24,550 bases of DNA, taken from a virus (lineage: Duplodnaviria; Caudoviricetes). The stretch is from IMG/VR virus record IMGVR_UViG_3300031949_000148, positions 1-24,550 of that record; one strand, written 5' to 3'. The notes beneath the pieces were generated by a model, which was not told the DNA's origin, ran no database searches, and saw only the letters and a list, made by a program, of their open reading frames with translations. The position numbers were made by a program, and so were the translations under genes. How positions within the stretch are numbered: the first letter of the stretch is position 1; each line of letters opens with the position of its first letter. This document shows, in pieces, positions 7,188-15,553 of the stretch.

Positions 7188-8600
7188 ATGGCGAAACCTA
7201 CCCGCGGAACTTCTTTTGCCGACAGAACACTCCCCCATAATCCTGAAGCGGAGCGCGCCCTACTCGGCTCGATCCTGATCGACAATGGCGCGCTCAGCGT
7301 CGCGCTGGAAACCATCAAGAAGGATGACTTCTTTTCGGAGGCCCATCGCATCACTTTCGAGATGATGACGAGGATCTACGAGAAGAATCGCACTATTGAC
7401 CTTGTTACCCTTGTTGCACAGCTTCGTGACCAGGGGTTACTGGAGAAAGCGGGCGGTGCTGGTATCCTTTCTGCGCTTACCGACGGCGTGCCGGTGGGCA
7501 GTTCGGCCGCGATCGCCGAATACGCGCGGATCGTCAAAGACAAATCCCTAAACCGCCGGCTGATCAACGCCTCAAATAACATCATCGCGCGCTGCTTGGA
7601 GGGGACGGACGATACCGAAACTCTCATTGACCTCGCGCAGAGCCAAGTGTTTGAGATTGCCAGCGACAAGATCCAGCAAGGGTTCACTACTGTTAGGGAT
7701 ATCGTCAAGTCGGAATTTGGGACGATCGACACGATGTTTGACCGTGGAAGCCCAAACTCGGGAATAGCAACAGGGTTTACTATTCTCGACGAACTTACCG
7801 CTGGGGGACTTCAGCCAGGTGAGTTTTCACTTTTGGCAGCTCGGCCGTCATTGGGGAAGACCGCGCTGGCGCTAAACATTGGCGCCGCGGCATCTTTGCG
7901 CGGGATCGGGGTTGGGATTTTCTCACTCGAAATGGCCAAGGTCGCACTGGTAGTGCGGCTGCTCTGCTCAGAAGGACGGGTGAATACCCATAAACTATCG
8001 ACCGGTTTCGCAAGCCGCACGGACTGGTCAAGGATGACGATGGCCTTGGGGCGCCTCGCCGCAGCGCCGCTATACATCGACGACTCATCCTCGCTCACCA
8101 TCATGCAGCTCCGCGCCAAAGCTCGTCGTCTGATTTCTGAGCAGGGCGCCAAACTCATTATTGTTGACTACCTGCAACTGATCACTGGTGGTAAACGCTT
8201 CGACAGCCGAAACGAAGAGGTGTCCTATATTTCGAGAAATTTGAAGAGCCTTGCCAAAGATGCGAAGGTCCCCGTCCTGGTACTCTCGCAACTCAGCCGT
8301 GAATCGGAACGCGGGCGCCGGCGCAAGCCTCGGCTTTCCGATCTCCGAGACTCGGGGTCCTTGGAGCAGGACGCTGATTTGGTGCTTTTCTTATGGGAGG
8401 GTTCGCGCGAGAATAGAGACGAAAGCGGAGAGGGAACCGCCACAACTGTCATTATTGGGAAGCAGCGGAACGGTCCTCAGGCAGAGCTGAAATTGACATT
8501 CCTGAAACCCTACACACGTTTCGAGAACTACGCACGAGAACCGGAAGGCGATGAAGGCCCACCGGCCGACGAGAGTCTTCCGTACAAAGACAGTGATTAG
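7188..8600 (+). CDS. dnaB: replicative DNA helicase DnaB
   Basis: PHNPEAERALLG, AARPSLGKT, FSLEM, IIVDYLQL, LSQLSR, LSDLRDSGSLEQDAD, KQRNGP. Confidence 0.97.
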   Translation: MAKPTRGTSFADRTLPHNPEAERALLGSILIDNGALSVALETIKKDDFFSEAHRITFEMMTRIYEKNRTIDLVTLVAQLRDQGLLEKAGGAGILSALTDGVPVGSSAAIAEYARIVKDKSLNRRLINASNNIIARCLEGTDDTETLIDLAQSQVFEIASDKIQQGFTTVRDIVKSEFGTIDTMFDRGSPNSGIATGFTILDELTAGGLQPGEFSLLAARPSLGKTALALNIGAAASLRGIGVGIFSLEMAKVALVVRLLCSEGRVNTHKLSTGFASRTDWSRMTMALGRLAAAPLYIDDSSSLTIMQLRAKARRLISEQGAKLIIVDYLQLITGGKRFDSRNEEVSYISRNLKSLAKDAKVPVLVLSQLSRESERGRRRKPRLSDLRDSGSLEQDADLVLFLWEGSRENRDESGEGTATTVIIGKQRNGPQAELKLTFLKPYTRFENYAREPEGDEGPPADESLPYKDSD

Positions 8601-8609
8601 GAGGTAACC

Positions 8610-9077
8610 GTGAAAACAAGGACGAGAAGTTTCGTACTCATCGCGCTCTTCGTCGTGCTCTCGGGCGCGTGGGCCTGCACCAATTGGGAGCACCAGACCT
8701 ACGCTAGCTTGTCGGCGTCGAAGGCTGTCATCGACGAGGCGGGGGCGCAGTACAACGCCGGCAAGATCCCGCAGACCAAAGCTGTCAAGGCAGCGATCGA
8801 ACACGCTCGCCAAGTGCAGACGACCGCAGTCCATGCGTTTGAGGCGTACGCCGTGGCAAAGGTAGCCGGTCAACCGGCAGCGACTCTTGAACAGCGCCGA
8901 CAAGAGGTTATCGCTGCGACCGCGGCCGTCGCCCAGGTCGTCGCGGACATCCAAAAGTTCAAGGGAGCCAGTGGGCCAACATCTCAACTTGACCAACTGT
9001 TAGACCCTTCGACTGATTGGACATTTTTGGAAGGAGGCTTGCAATGGGAAGCACGCTACCATCTGCGCAAAATATAA
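8610..9077 (+). CDS. putative lipoprotein or secreted helical protein
   Basis: GGAGG SD; basic N-terminus, hydrophobic core and an atypical AWA-C lipobox-like site. Confidence 0.72.
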   Translation: MKTRTRSFVLIALFVVLSGAWACTNWEHQTYASLSASKAVIDEAGAQYNAGKIPQTKAVKAAIEHARQVQTTAVHAFEAYAVAKVAGQPAATLEQRRQEVIAATAAVAQVVADIQKFKGASGPTSQLDQLLDPSTDWTFLEGGLQWEARYHLRKI

Positions 9078-9322
9078 CCGAGCAGGGAGATCCGAAATTG
9101 CGGCTCGTCGCCGCAGAGATCCAAACCATCGGCGGGCTCGCGGCCGGCATCCTACAGGTGATTCCTGGGGCAACTTCTGCTGGCGCCTTGACTGCGCTAC
9201 TTACGCTCCTTGTCGCCAAGGCCATGAACGCCTACAGTCTCGCCCTGGGCAAGCCGGTGACTCCGGAGAGTATCCTCGAGCTGCTTCCGGACCAGACGCC
9301 GCTCGTCGAGCCCAAGGAATAG
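9044..9322 (+). CDS. hypothetical membrane-associated protein
   Basis: AAGGAGG before ATG 9044; hydrophobic Gly/Ala-rich helices. Confidence 0.72.
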   Translation: MGSTLPSAQNITEQGDPKLRLVAAEIQTIGGLAAGILQVIPGATSAGALTALLTLLVAKAMNAYSLALGKPVTPESILELLPDQTPLVEPKE

Positions 9323-9325
9323 ACC

Positions 9326-9413
9326 TTCGTACCCCGGTCTTCGACATCGTGCGGGGAGTCGATAGGCCGTGTCATCCTGACGCCGGAATCGTCGCGGCGG
9401 GCCGGGGCACGAA
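9326..9413 (+). ncRNA. predicted three-way-junction RNA element D
   Basis: Closing stem TTCGT-A-CCCCGGTCT/GGGCCGGGG-C-ACGAA; hairpins TCGAC/GTCGA (9341-9362) and GCCGTG/CGCGGC (9366-9398). Confidence 0.45.
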
Positions 9414-9423
9414 CCCCAATACC

Positions 9424-9783
9424 ATGAACGATAAACCCTTACGCTTCGTCATTCCCTGGGTGCCTCCTTCCCTCAACCGCGCACTCCGGTCGCATTGGGC
9501 TGTGAACTATCGAAAGAAGAACGTCGCGGCCGGTTACATACTTGCGGGATGCGGGAAGAGCCATGCGCCGGCTCCGGAGAGGGTCAAGGTCACCATCCAG
9601 ATGTACCGCAAGAAGCCGATGGACCGGGACGGCGCGCAAGGTGCCTGCAAGCCTCTCTTCGACGTCCTGGTCCAGTTCGGATGGGCGAAGGACGATTCGG
9701 AGAGGCACATGGAGCAGGTCGTCCTGCCCGTGGTCTTGGACAAAGTCCCAAAAACCGAGATCCTAATCGAGAAACTAGCATAG
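9424..9783 (+). CDS. RusA-like Holliday junction resolvase
   Basis: PPSLN; DRDG...CKPLFDVL...KDD matching the RusA acidic motif; C-terminal TEILIE. Confidence 0.8.
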   Translation: MNDKPLRFVIPWVPPSLNRALRSHWAVNYRKKNVAAGYILAGCGKSHAPAPERVKVTIQMYRKKPMDRDGAQGACKPLFDVLVQFGWAKDDSERHMEQVVLPVVLDKVPKTEILIEKLA

Positions 9784-10132
9784 CGTTTTTCGCCTGCCAC
9801 TTTTGACCTTAACCCTAGTCACCTCAACGTACTACAAACTTGACAACCTCCGCTTCGTATGAATTTGCAGAAAGTGCCATCTTTTTGATGCCTCGAAAGG
9901 GCAGAAACGGCATTTTGGCAGAAACCGGGCAGTCTCGACTGGTCCAATTACGAGGGTCGCAGATTTGTGGGGCTTTTGGCGCAGGATTCAAAATCAATCT
10001 GAATCCTTGGCCAGTATCGTCTTATGTGTGAATGGGCTGCGGGGATGGAGGCGGAGAGTTGCGGCTTGCGGACGGCAGATATGAGGCACGGAATAGGCGT
10101 GAAATTCGTAAAAGAATCGGCCCACTTTTGAC

Positions 10133-10294
10133 TCACAAACCCCCAAAAAGGTCGGGCGGGCCCTGGGGCTTCGACCCCTCATCACGCCTGCGGCATACGA
10201 AGCGGAGGATTCGGCGGACGCCTTCGACCAAAAGGTACGTGGCAGTGGCGAGGCAGATGAGGATAACGGCAACCTCGATGATGGTGGTCAACAT
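10133..10294 (-). CDS. 53-aa single-TM protein (MLTTIIEVAVILICLATATYLLVEGVRRILRF...)
   Basis: Starts immediately after the upstream TAG, with GGAGG SD; hydrophobic helix followed by a basic patch. Confidence 0.6.
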   Translation of the reverse strand: MLTTIIEVAVILICLATATYLLVEGVRRILRFVCRRRDEGSKPQGPPDLFGGL

Positions 10295-11008
10295 CTACCC
10301 CTCCAAGATCAGACGGTCGAGTTGAATGAGGCAGTCGCGGACGTTCGATGCTGACTCTTTGACGATCCGCGCGAAGTTGGGACGCGCCGGCGCCGGATCC
10401 AGGTTAAAGGTCTCTCGCACCCATATCGTTTCGAGGTACTCGGCAATCTCGCCGGCCGCGCCGTACATCGAGAAGTTGAGGACCGTGCATCGACTGAGAA
10501 AGCGCTTCTCGAAACGCGCCGTAGAGTTGCAGGTGAAGACCCAAATGACGGGCAGAGGTACCCCGGGCTCGACGGCGCCGCCCATGACGGGTCGGAGGTT
10601 GGCAGCTATATCTCCTTTGGAGAGCCACTGGAGCTGCGCGCGCTCGGTAGCTTCGTCAGCTTCGTCGCAGATAACCTCCCAAAACTTCCCCTTGGGTGGG
10701 TAGTAGTTGACGGCCTCCCATGTGCGGTCAAGCTCATCCGTGGTGAAGCGCTGCGCGCCGATGTACCGGACGGAGGCTCCAAGGTCGTTCGCCAGGGCGA
10801 ATGACATCGCGGTCTTCCCGCGGCCAGGATCTCCGTGGAAGACCAACGCGATCGGTCGCGGGCGCTTCGCCAAGGCCAGGAGGAAGCGCTTCGCCTCGGC
10901 GAGGCCGACGAAGTCGGCGACGTGGACCGGGAGGTACTTCTCAGCCAGGGAGCGCGGGAAGGCGAAGCCTTGCTGCGGTTCGGTCATTTCAGGGAAGAGT
11001 AGGCCCAT
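10295..11008 (-). CDS. clamp-loader-clade (RFC/DnaX/RarA-like) AAA+ ATPase lacking a C-terminal domain
   Basis: LAEKYLP box, Walker A GDPGRGKT, Walker B ICDEAD, sensor-1 TCN, LSRC arginine finger, SNVRD sensor-2. Confidence 0.85.
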   Translation of the reverse strand: MGLLFPEMTEPQQGFAFPRSLAEKYLPVHVADFVGLAEAKRFLLALAKRPRPIALVFHGDPGRGKTAMSFALANDLGASVRYIGAQRFTTDELDRTWEAVNYYPPKGKFWEVICDEADEATERAQLQWLSKGDIAANLRPVMGGAVEPGVPLPVIWVFTCNSTARFEKRFLSRCTVLNFSMYGAAGEIAEYLETIWVRETFNLDPAPARPNFARIVKESASNVRDCLIQLDRLILEG

Positions 11009-11016
11009 TGGTCTCC

Positions 11017-11286
11017 TTAGAACTTCTGCCGCTTGATACAGGGCAGCGAAGTGTATCTCCGGACGCCCTCGGGCGCCTCCGCGTCGTACAGTCGCGCGCC
11101 GTAGCGGACGTAAGCATGATCCCAGTCGTCATTCCAGATAACACGCGCGCCAGTACCTAGAGCTTTCTTCAACTCTCGCGCAAAGGCAAAGCAGGCCCCT
11201 TCGTTGAGCTTCTGAGGGGGAAGACGCCAGGCGCGGGCGAGTGCCCGGATGATCTTGCCGACGAGTTTGGGAGAGAGCGGTTTCAT
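11017..11286 (-). CDS. small phage protein with a possible Cys-His-Asp (transglutaminase/papain-like) motif
   Basis: NEGACFAFA...DHAYV...LYDAE spacing. Confidence 0.65.
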   Translation of the reverse strand: MKPLSPKLVGKIIRALARAWRLPPQKLNEGACFAFARELKKALGTGARVIWNDDWDHAYVRYGARLYDAEAPEGVRRYTSLPCIKRQKF

Positions 11287-11304
11287 TTGTGCATTTACTG
11301 CACT
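11286..11304 (-). repeat. junction inverted-repeat element, copy 3
   Basis: AGTGCAGTAAATGCACAAA spans the methyltransferase TAG to the next ATG. Confidence 0.85.
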
Positions 11305-12805
11305 AACCCTGAAGCAGCGCAGCCACGAGGGACTCCGCCAAGTTCACCGGGACCGCGTTACCGATCTGTTTCGTCACTTCCGACTTGTTTCCTGAGAACT
11401 GGTACTTGGGGTCGAAGCCCTGCGCCGCCGCCAGCTCGTGGTTTTGAAGCATCCGGAAGCGAATGTCCAGGCGGTAGCCATCAAAGACGGGCTCGACGAG
11501 GCCGAAGCGCTGCTTCGTCGTCACGGTGTCCAGGGGCTCGTCAACTCCCTTGGCGATTCCAGTGCCGTAGTACTTCATCAGCATGGGCTCGACCAGGGCG
11601 GTGCCACGTCGGGAGGTAACAGTCGGGTGCGGGTCGTTGATGTCATGCACTCGCCGGTCGCTCGCATTCTTTTCCTCTCCGTCGCCGTGGTTGACTGTTA
11701 CCAGGAAAGGCTCGACCAGTCCCCCGGCGCCGTGGCTGGTTACGGCCGGGAGCGGCGCTTTGACGGAATGGAAGCGGGGCTTCTGCCCTTTGCCTTCTCC
11801 AAAAAAGGGGACGATGAAGGGCTCAACGAGCCCTATCCCTCGACTCGTCGTTGTGATCGTGTTGAGCGGCCTATCGACCGAGCGTCCATCGAGCGTACTG
11901 AATTGTGGAAGGATGAACGGTTCGCAGAGGCCGAAGTGTCTACCCCCTCCGGTTATTGTTGGAAGGGGCCTATTGACACTGCTCGTCTTACTGGTACCTC
12001 TCAGAACTACCAGGAAGGGCTCAAGGTCGATGCCGTTCAACTTCTTCATACCAGCCGCAATGCGCGCTAACGTCTTTGGCGCAAGCGGACGCCGGCGGGA
12101 AAAGATACTCTGCCCTTGAAGTTTCCAGTCGATAACTTCTCGAGCTGCGCGCCACTTTTGGGTTGGGCCGAACAGTGTACTCTCGCCGTCAACGGTGTGG
12201 CTTGGCTTTGGCCACTCGATCCGCTTGCGTCCTCGACGTGCCATCACGAAGAGCCGGGTCCTGCTCGTGGCGTCGCCGTAGTCAGCGGCATTCAGGAGAC
12301 GATGCTCGACTGAGTACCCCAGAGCGCGCAACGCATCGAGGAAGTTCTGGAAAAGAGCACCCTTGAGAGTTTTGATCGGGCGTCCGTTGGCACCCAGAGG
12401 TCCCCAGGAGTGAAACTCGGGAACGTTCTCGACGAGGATACTGTCAATGTAGAGGGCCTCGGCCCACCGGCAGATATGCCACGCGGAAGCGCGCGACTGG
12501 TCATTCATCGGGCGCCCGCCTCGGGCATTGGAGTGATGCACACACTCGGGGCTCGCTACCATGAGGTCCAAGCGTCCGCTCGGGACGGCTTTGCGGGGGT
12601 CCACGTTGTCCAGATTCTCGCAGAGGTGCTTTGCGCTAGGGTGATTTGAGACGTGCGTGGCGATTGCCACGTCCCAATGGTTGATGGCCAGCAACTCGAC
12701 TTCGTCGTAGCCGACCGACATCGCCGCGCGGTAGAGTCCCGCCGTCGTACCTCCGGCACCGCAGAAGAGATCCGCAGCTTTGAGTTTTGACTTTACAGTT
12801 GACAT
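11303..12805 (-). CDS. DNA (cytosine-5) methyltransferase with internal repeats
   Basis: DLFCGAGG (I), SPEC (IV), ENVPEF (VI), RTRLF (VIII), ELAAAQGF and QIGNAVP (IX/X). Confidence 0.95.
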   Translation of the reverse strand: MSTVKSKLKAADLFCGAGGTTAGLYRAAMSVGYDEVELLAINHWDVAIATHVSNHPSAKHLCENLDNVDPRKAVPSGRLDLMVASPECVHHSNARGGRPMNDQSRASAWHICRWAEALYIDSILVENVPEFHSWGPLGANGRPIKTLKGALFQNFLDALRALGYSVEHRLLNAADYGDATSRTRLFVMARRGRKRIEWPKPSHTVDGESTLFGPTQKWRAAREVIDWKLQGQSIFSRRRPLAPKTLARIAAGMKKLNGIDLEPFLVVLRGTSKTSSVNRPLPTITGGGRHFGLCEPFILPQFSTLDGRSVDRPLNTITTTSRGIGLVEPFIVPFFGEGKGQKPRFHSVKAPLPAVTSHGAGGLVEPFLVTVNHGDGEEKNASDRRVHDINDPHPTVTSRRGTALVEPMLMKYYGTGIAKGVDEPLDTVTTKQRFGLVEPVFDGYRLDIRFRMLQNHELAAAQGFDPKYQFSGNKSEVTKQIGNAVPVNLAESLVAALLQG

Positions 12806-12876
12806 GAGAGCCTCATGGTAATAACCTCAGCGGGACAATTGAATAAGAAACCTATTCCAGGTTTCCTCCTTTCCCC

Positions 12877-12911
12877 CCGGCCAGTGTCCCAACGCTGGCC
12901 GGATTTTTCTT
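12877..12911 (+). terminator. GC hairpin with T tract, oriented antisense to the local genes
   Basis: CCGGCCAGTGT-CCCA-ACGCTGGCCGG followed by ATTTTTCTT. Confidence 0.5.
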
Positions 12912-13275
12912 ACCTAAGTTCCATCGCGCAACGCCCGCAGCAGAATGGGAAGATGATCGAGCTTTGCAGAGCGCCGCAGAACGGGCAGATGTAGTCGCCG
13001 GGGCTTGACCAGCTCTTGATGGCTCGTGGCGCCCACTCGAAGTCGCATTTGGCACAGCGATACGCGCCGTCGCGGTGCAGTAGACCTTCGACGGTTTGCG
13101 AGACGGGGCACCATCCGAAGCAATACCGGGTCTTGTCGGCTTGATCGTGGTCGTGCTGGCCCTCTTTCGTGCGGCACTCGAAGCAGGTCGGCTCGCCGCA
13201 GTACGGACACGGGGGCTGCGTCTTGTCGAAGGTAGTCATGCACGTCAAGCACTGGTAGACCTTGCCGTTTCCCAT
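12910..13275 (-). CDS. Cys-rich multi-zinc-finger protein
   Basis: GAGGTGGAG SD; six CxxC pairs. Confidence 0.75.
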   Translation of the reverse strand: MGNGKVYQCLTCMTTFDKTQPPCPYCGEPTCFECRTKEGQHDHDQADKTRYCFGWCPVSQTVEGLLHRDGAYRCAKCDFEWAPRAIKSWSSPGDYICPFCGALQSSIIFPFCCGRCAMELR

Positions 13276-13284
13276 CGCTCCACC

Positions 13285-13449
13285 TCACTGAATTGAACAA
13301 TACACCAGGATGAGTCCCACCGTGCCGACGAAACTAAGGACCACGCCGAGGAGCCGCCAGCGCCGACAGAACAGCTCGCGGCCAAAGCAGATCAGGCCGG
13401 TGAACAGGGCCAGCATAAGGGTCGCCAAGAGGTCATTCATCATTTTCAT
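13285..13449 (-). CDS. 54-aa two-TM membrane protein (MKMMNDLLATLMLALF...)
   Basis: Two hydrophobic helices separated by CRRWR; fits the gene tiling. Confidence 0.6.
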   Translation of the reverse strand: MKMMNDLLATLMLALFTGLICFGRELFCRRWRLLGVVLSFVGTVGLILVYCSIQ

Positions 13450-13538
13450 CCCTCAACAGGCGAAGACGCCAGGACAGGATGGCGTCGTCAACGTCGTAGA
13501 TCGTCTCTGCCGCTCCTACTTCCTCGGCGAGTAGGAGG

Positions 13539-13739
13539 TCAATTTCCTCTTCCGTCAGGCACGGCAAGCGATACGACTTGGGAGCACGGTTTTCGGTCTG
13601 CTTCGCTCGTTGGATCACTTCTCGTCCATCCGTGGGACCAGGGTATTTGATACGTCTCGCAGTTGGGGCACCACTCCTCGCCGTCGAGGACGGTTCGGAT
13701 CGGTCCGCCGCAAGCGTGGCAGAGCATACAAGCTGGCAT
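13539..13739 (-). CDS. small zinc-finger-like protein
   Basis: CHAC and WCPNC pairs; follows the upstream stop with a GAGGG SD. Confidence 0.6.
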   Translation of the reverse strand: MPACMLCHACGGPIRTVLDGEEWCPNCETYQIPWSHGWTRSDPTSEADRKPCSQVVSLAVPDGRGN

Positions 13740-13742
13740 GGT

Positions 13743-13937
13743 CTACCCTCTTGGGAAATTCGCCGGCATGAGGTCTTTGATCGCGGCCAGCTCTGCCGCA
13801 ACATTCAGCAGGGCGCAGGTCAATAGCGCCGTCATCCTGTCAGCGGCATTCGAGAGTGAAATAACATCGTGCGCGGCGTCTGTGTATTTTCCAGCGTTCA
13901 TGTTATGGACAACTTTGATAGCCTCAGATGGGCTCAT
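13743..13937 (-). CDS. hypothetical protein
   Basis: GAGGAGGA SD; tiles between its neighbours. Confidence 0.65.
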   Translation of the reverse strand: MSPSEAIKVVHNMNAGKYTDAAHDVISLSNAADRMTALLTCALLNVAAELAAIKDLMPANFPRG

Positions 13938-13940
13938 AGT

Positions 13941-14450
13941 TCAATCCTCCTCTGGAAGCATGATTGTGATGACGGGCTCGGCGTCGTCGCCGGGTCCGCA
14001 GACTGACTTGAGTGTGACGAGATCTCGCCGGTCAAGCTCCCGGTCGTGGTTGTGGTTTCGGACGTAAAGCTTGTAGAGGATCGTGTCGCGGCCTCGTGGC
14101 GCGGTCTTGATGGCGCAGCGAAGCATCCAGAGCACGTCCCACGCGCGCCCTTTGATGTCTTGGTGGGTTACGCCGTCCGGCACCTCGATGTACTGATGGA
14201 AAACCGTGTCGGTGCACGCGACGTGATACTTGAAACCCGCGTCGCGGACGAGATCGGGAAATAGTGCTGACAAGTCTGCCAGCACGCCATCCTCGATGTC
14301 GATGCCGCCGTCGTTGGTTCCGTGCAGCTTTTCGATGGCTTGGCGGACCTTCTCGATAGCGTTCTCGTCTGAGTCGGCAATAACAGAGAAACAGAAACCG
14401 ACGTCGCCGTGTTCCACGTCGCCGGTGCTGATTCGATATTCACGCTCCAT
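13941..14450 (-). CDS. DUF6573-like protein with an extra N-terminal segment
   Basis: IEDGVL.D, AGFK..VA.T, GRAWDVLWM and CGPGDDAEPVITIMLPEED; start at 14450 after AAAGGAG. Confidence 0.8.
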   Translation of the reverse strand: MEREYRISTGDVEHGDVGFCFSVIADSDENAIEKVRQAIEKLHGTNDGGIDIEDGVLADLSALFPDLVRDAGFKYHVACTDTVFHQYIEVPDGVTHQDIKGRAWDVLWMLRCAIKTAPRGRDTILYKLYVRNHNHDRELDRRDLVTLKSVCGPGDDAEPVITIMLPEED

Positions 14451-14462
14451 CGTCTCGTCTCC

Positions 14463-14480
14463 TTTGTGCAGTCCTGCACT
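14463..14480 (-). repeat. junction inverted-repeat element, copy 4
   Basis: AGTGCAGGACTGCACAAA overlaps the TAG and runs into GGAGAC. Confidence 0.85.
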
Positions 14481-14850
14481 ACGCTCGCGCCTTGGCAATG
14501 ATGTCGCGGGAAGTCTTCACAACCTTCGCCGCGCCGAGGGTGATTTCGTTGTCGCAGTCGGTGTCTCGCCGGTAGGCTTGGGCGAGAAGCTCGAACACGT
14601 CGGTCACGTTCTGTAGGGCCTTGACGACTTCCTGGGTGACACCCTCGATGGTCGCGGGTTGCGATTGCAGGTTAATGGTTTCACAGAGGGTGTCAATATA
14701 CGCCAGGGACAACTCGCGGGCATCATCGAAGTGATCGAAGTGTGTAGGGACTGATCCGCCTCGCTCGCGGTGCTCCTGCCAGAAGCGCAGCGCCGCCAGG
14801 ACCGTCGCCGCCTCGTCGCGGTTCAATTTCCCTGTGAGTTGAAGTGTCAT
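14479..14850 (-). CDS. hypothetical phage protein
   Basis: GAGGAGGT SD; ATVLAALRFWQ...HF...IDTLCETIN pattern. Confidence 0.8.
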   Translation of the reverse strand: MTLQLTGKLNRDEAATVLAALRFWQEHRERGGSVPTHFDHFDDARELSLAYIDTLCETINLQSQPATIEGVTQEVVKALQNVTDVFELLAQAYRRDTDCDNEITLGAAKVVKTSRDIIAKARA

Positions 14851-14867
14851 CGTCCAACCTCCTCGGG

Positions 14868-14889
14868 GTTTGTGCAGTACTGCACAAAC
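14868..14889. repeat. junction element, copy 5 (perfect 22-bp palindrome GTTTGTGCAGTACTGCACAAAC)
   Basis: Lies between the stop at 14892 and the SD of 14850. Confidence 0.9.
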
Positions 14890-14891
14890 GT

Positions 14892-15260
14892 TCAGTATGT
14901 AGACTTCGACGCCTCGGCGATGGCCGCAGCCAGTTCACAGTTTGCTGCGTACATCTCAGCCCATGCTTGGGCTGGAACCGGGATTCCAGCGTGGTCCATA
15001 TTGCCAACAGCGGCGGAGGCCACTCTCAGCCGTTCGCCAGCTTCCAAGAGCCTCGGCGCTGCCTTGAGCAAGTGCATCACTTCATTGTCCAGGCGGAGTG
15101 CCTTCGATGCGTCGCCGCAGGGCCCGCCGTCCAGGTACTTCACCTGAATGACGATCTCCTTGGGAAGTCCCTTCCCATGTATGGCGACGGTGTTCCAGGA
15201 ATCGGCAAAGGTCACGCTGATATTCCGGTTGTGATCGGGGTGCTCGGCGAATTTCATCAT
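14892..15260 (-). CDS. hypothetical phage protein
   Basis: GAAGGAG SD; LLKAAPRLLEA resembles the common phage LIAAAPDLLEA motif. Confidence 0.8.
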   Translation of the reverse strand: MMKFAEHPDHNRNISVTFADSWNTVAIHGKGLPKEIVIQVKYLDGGPCGDASKALRLDNEVMHLLKAAPRLLEAGERLRVASAAVGNMDHAGIPVPAQAWAEMYAANCELAAAIAEASKSTY

Positions 15261-15275
15261 AGTCGCTGCTCCTTC

Positions 15276-15293
15276 CTGTGCAGTACTGCACAG
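15276..15293. repeat. junction element, copy 6 (perfect 18-bp palindrome CTGTGCAGTACTGCACAG)
   Basis: Lies between the stop at 15296 and the SD of 15260. Confidence 0.9.
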
Positions 15294-15295
15294 AT

Positions 15296-15511
15296 TTACA
15301 GTACCTCCACGGGCTCATAGGCTCCTGGGAGTGGTCGTATCGGTTCAAGGCCGTTGGCGATTCTCCTGGGGTTCGCGGTGTCAACACAGGACTGGCAGAT
15401 GGGCTCTTTCGAGCCGGTCTTCGGGTCGCGGATCGACGGCACAAGGTCTGGGTTGTACGTGAAGAGCACGTTGCATCCGAAGCACCTCGAAGTACAAGAC
15501 ATCCAAGCCAT
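15296..15511 (-). CDS. small zinc-finger-like protein
   Basis: GAGGAG SD; CFGC and CQSC pairs. Confidence 0.75.
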   Translation of the reverse strand: MAWMSCTSRCFGCNVLFTYNPDLVPSIRDPKTGSKEPICQSCVDTANPRRIANGLEPIRPLPGAYEPVEVL

Positions 15512-15553
15512 TACGACCGCTCCTCGCTACGAGCCCGAAGGGGCTCGGCGTTT

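Noticed and set aside
13433-13804. 123-aa ORF as a gene or programmed frameshift
   Set aside because: It overlaps better-supported ORFs. Its acidic C-terminal 40 aa look protein-like, but no clear start or slippery site was found, so it is unresolved.
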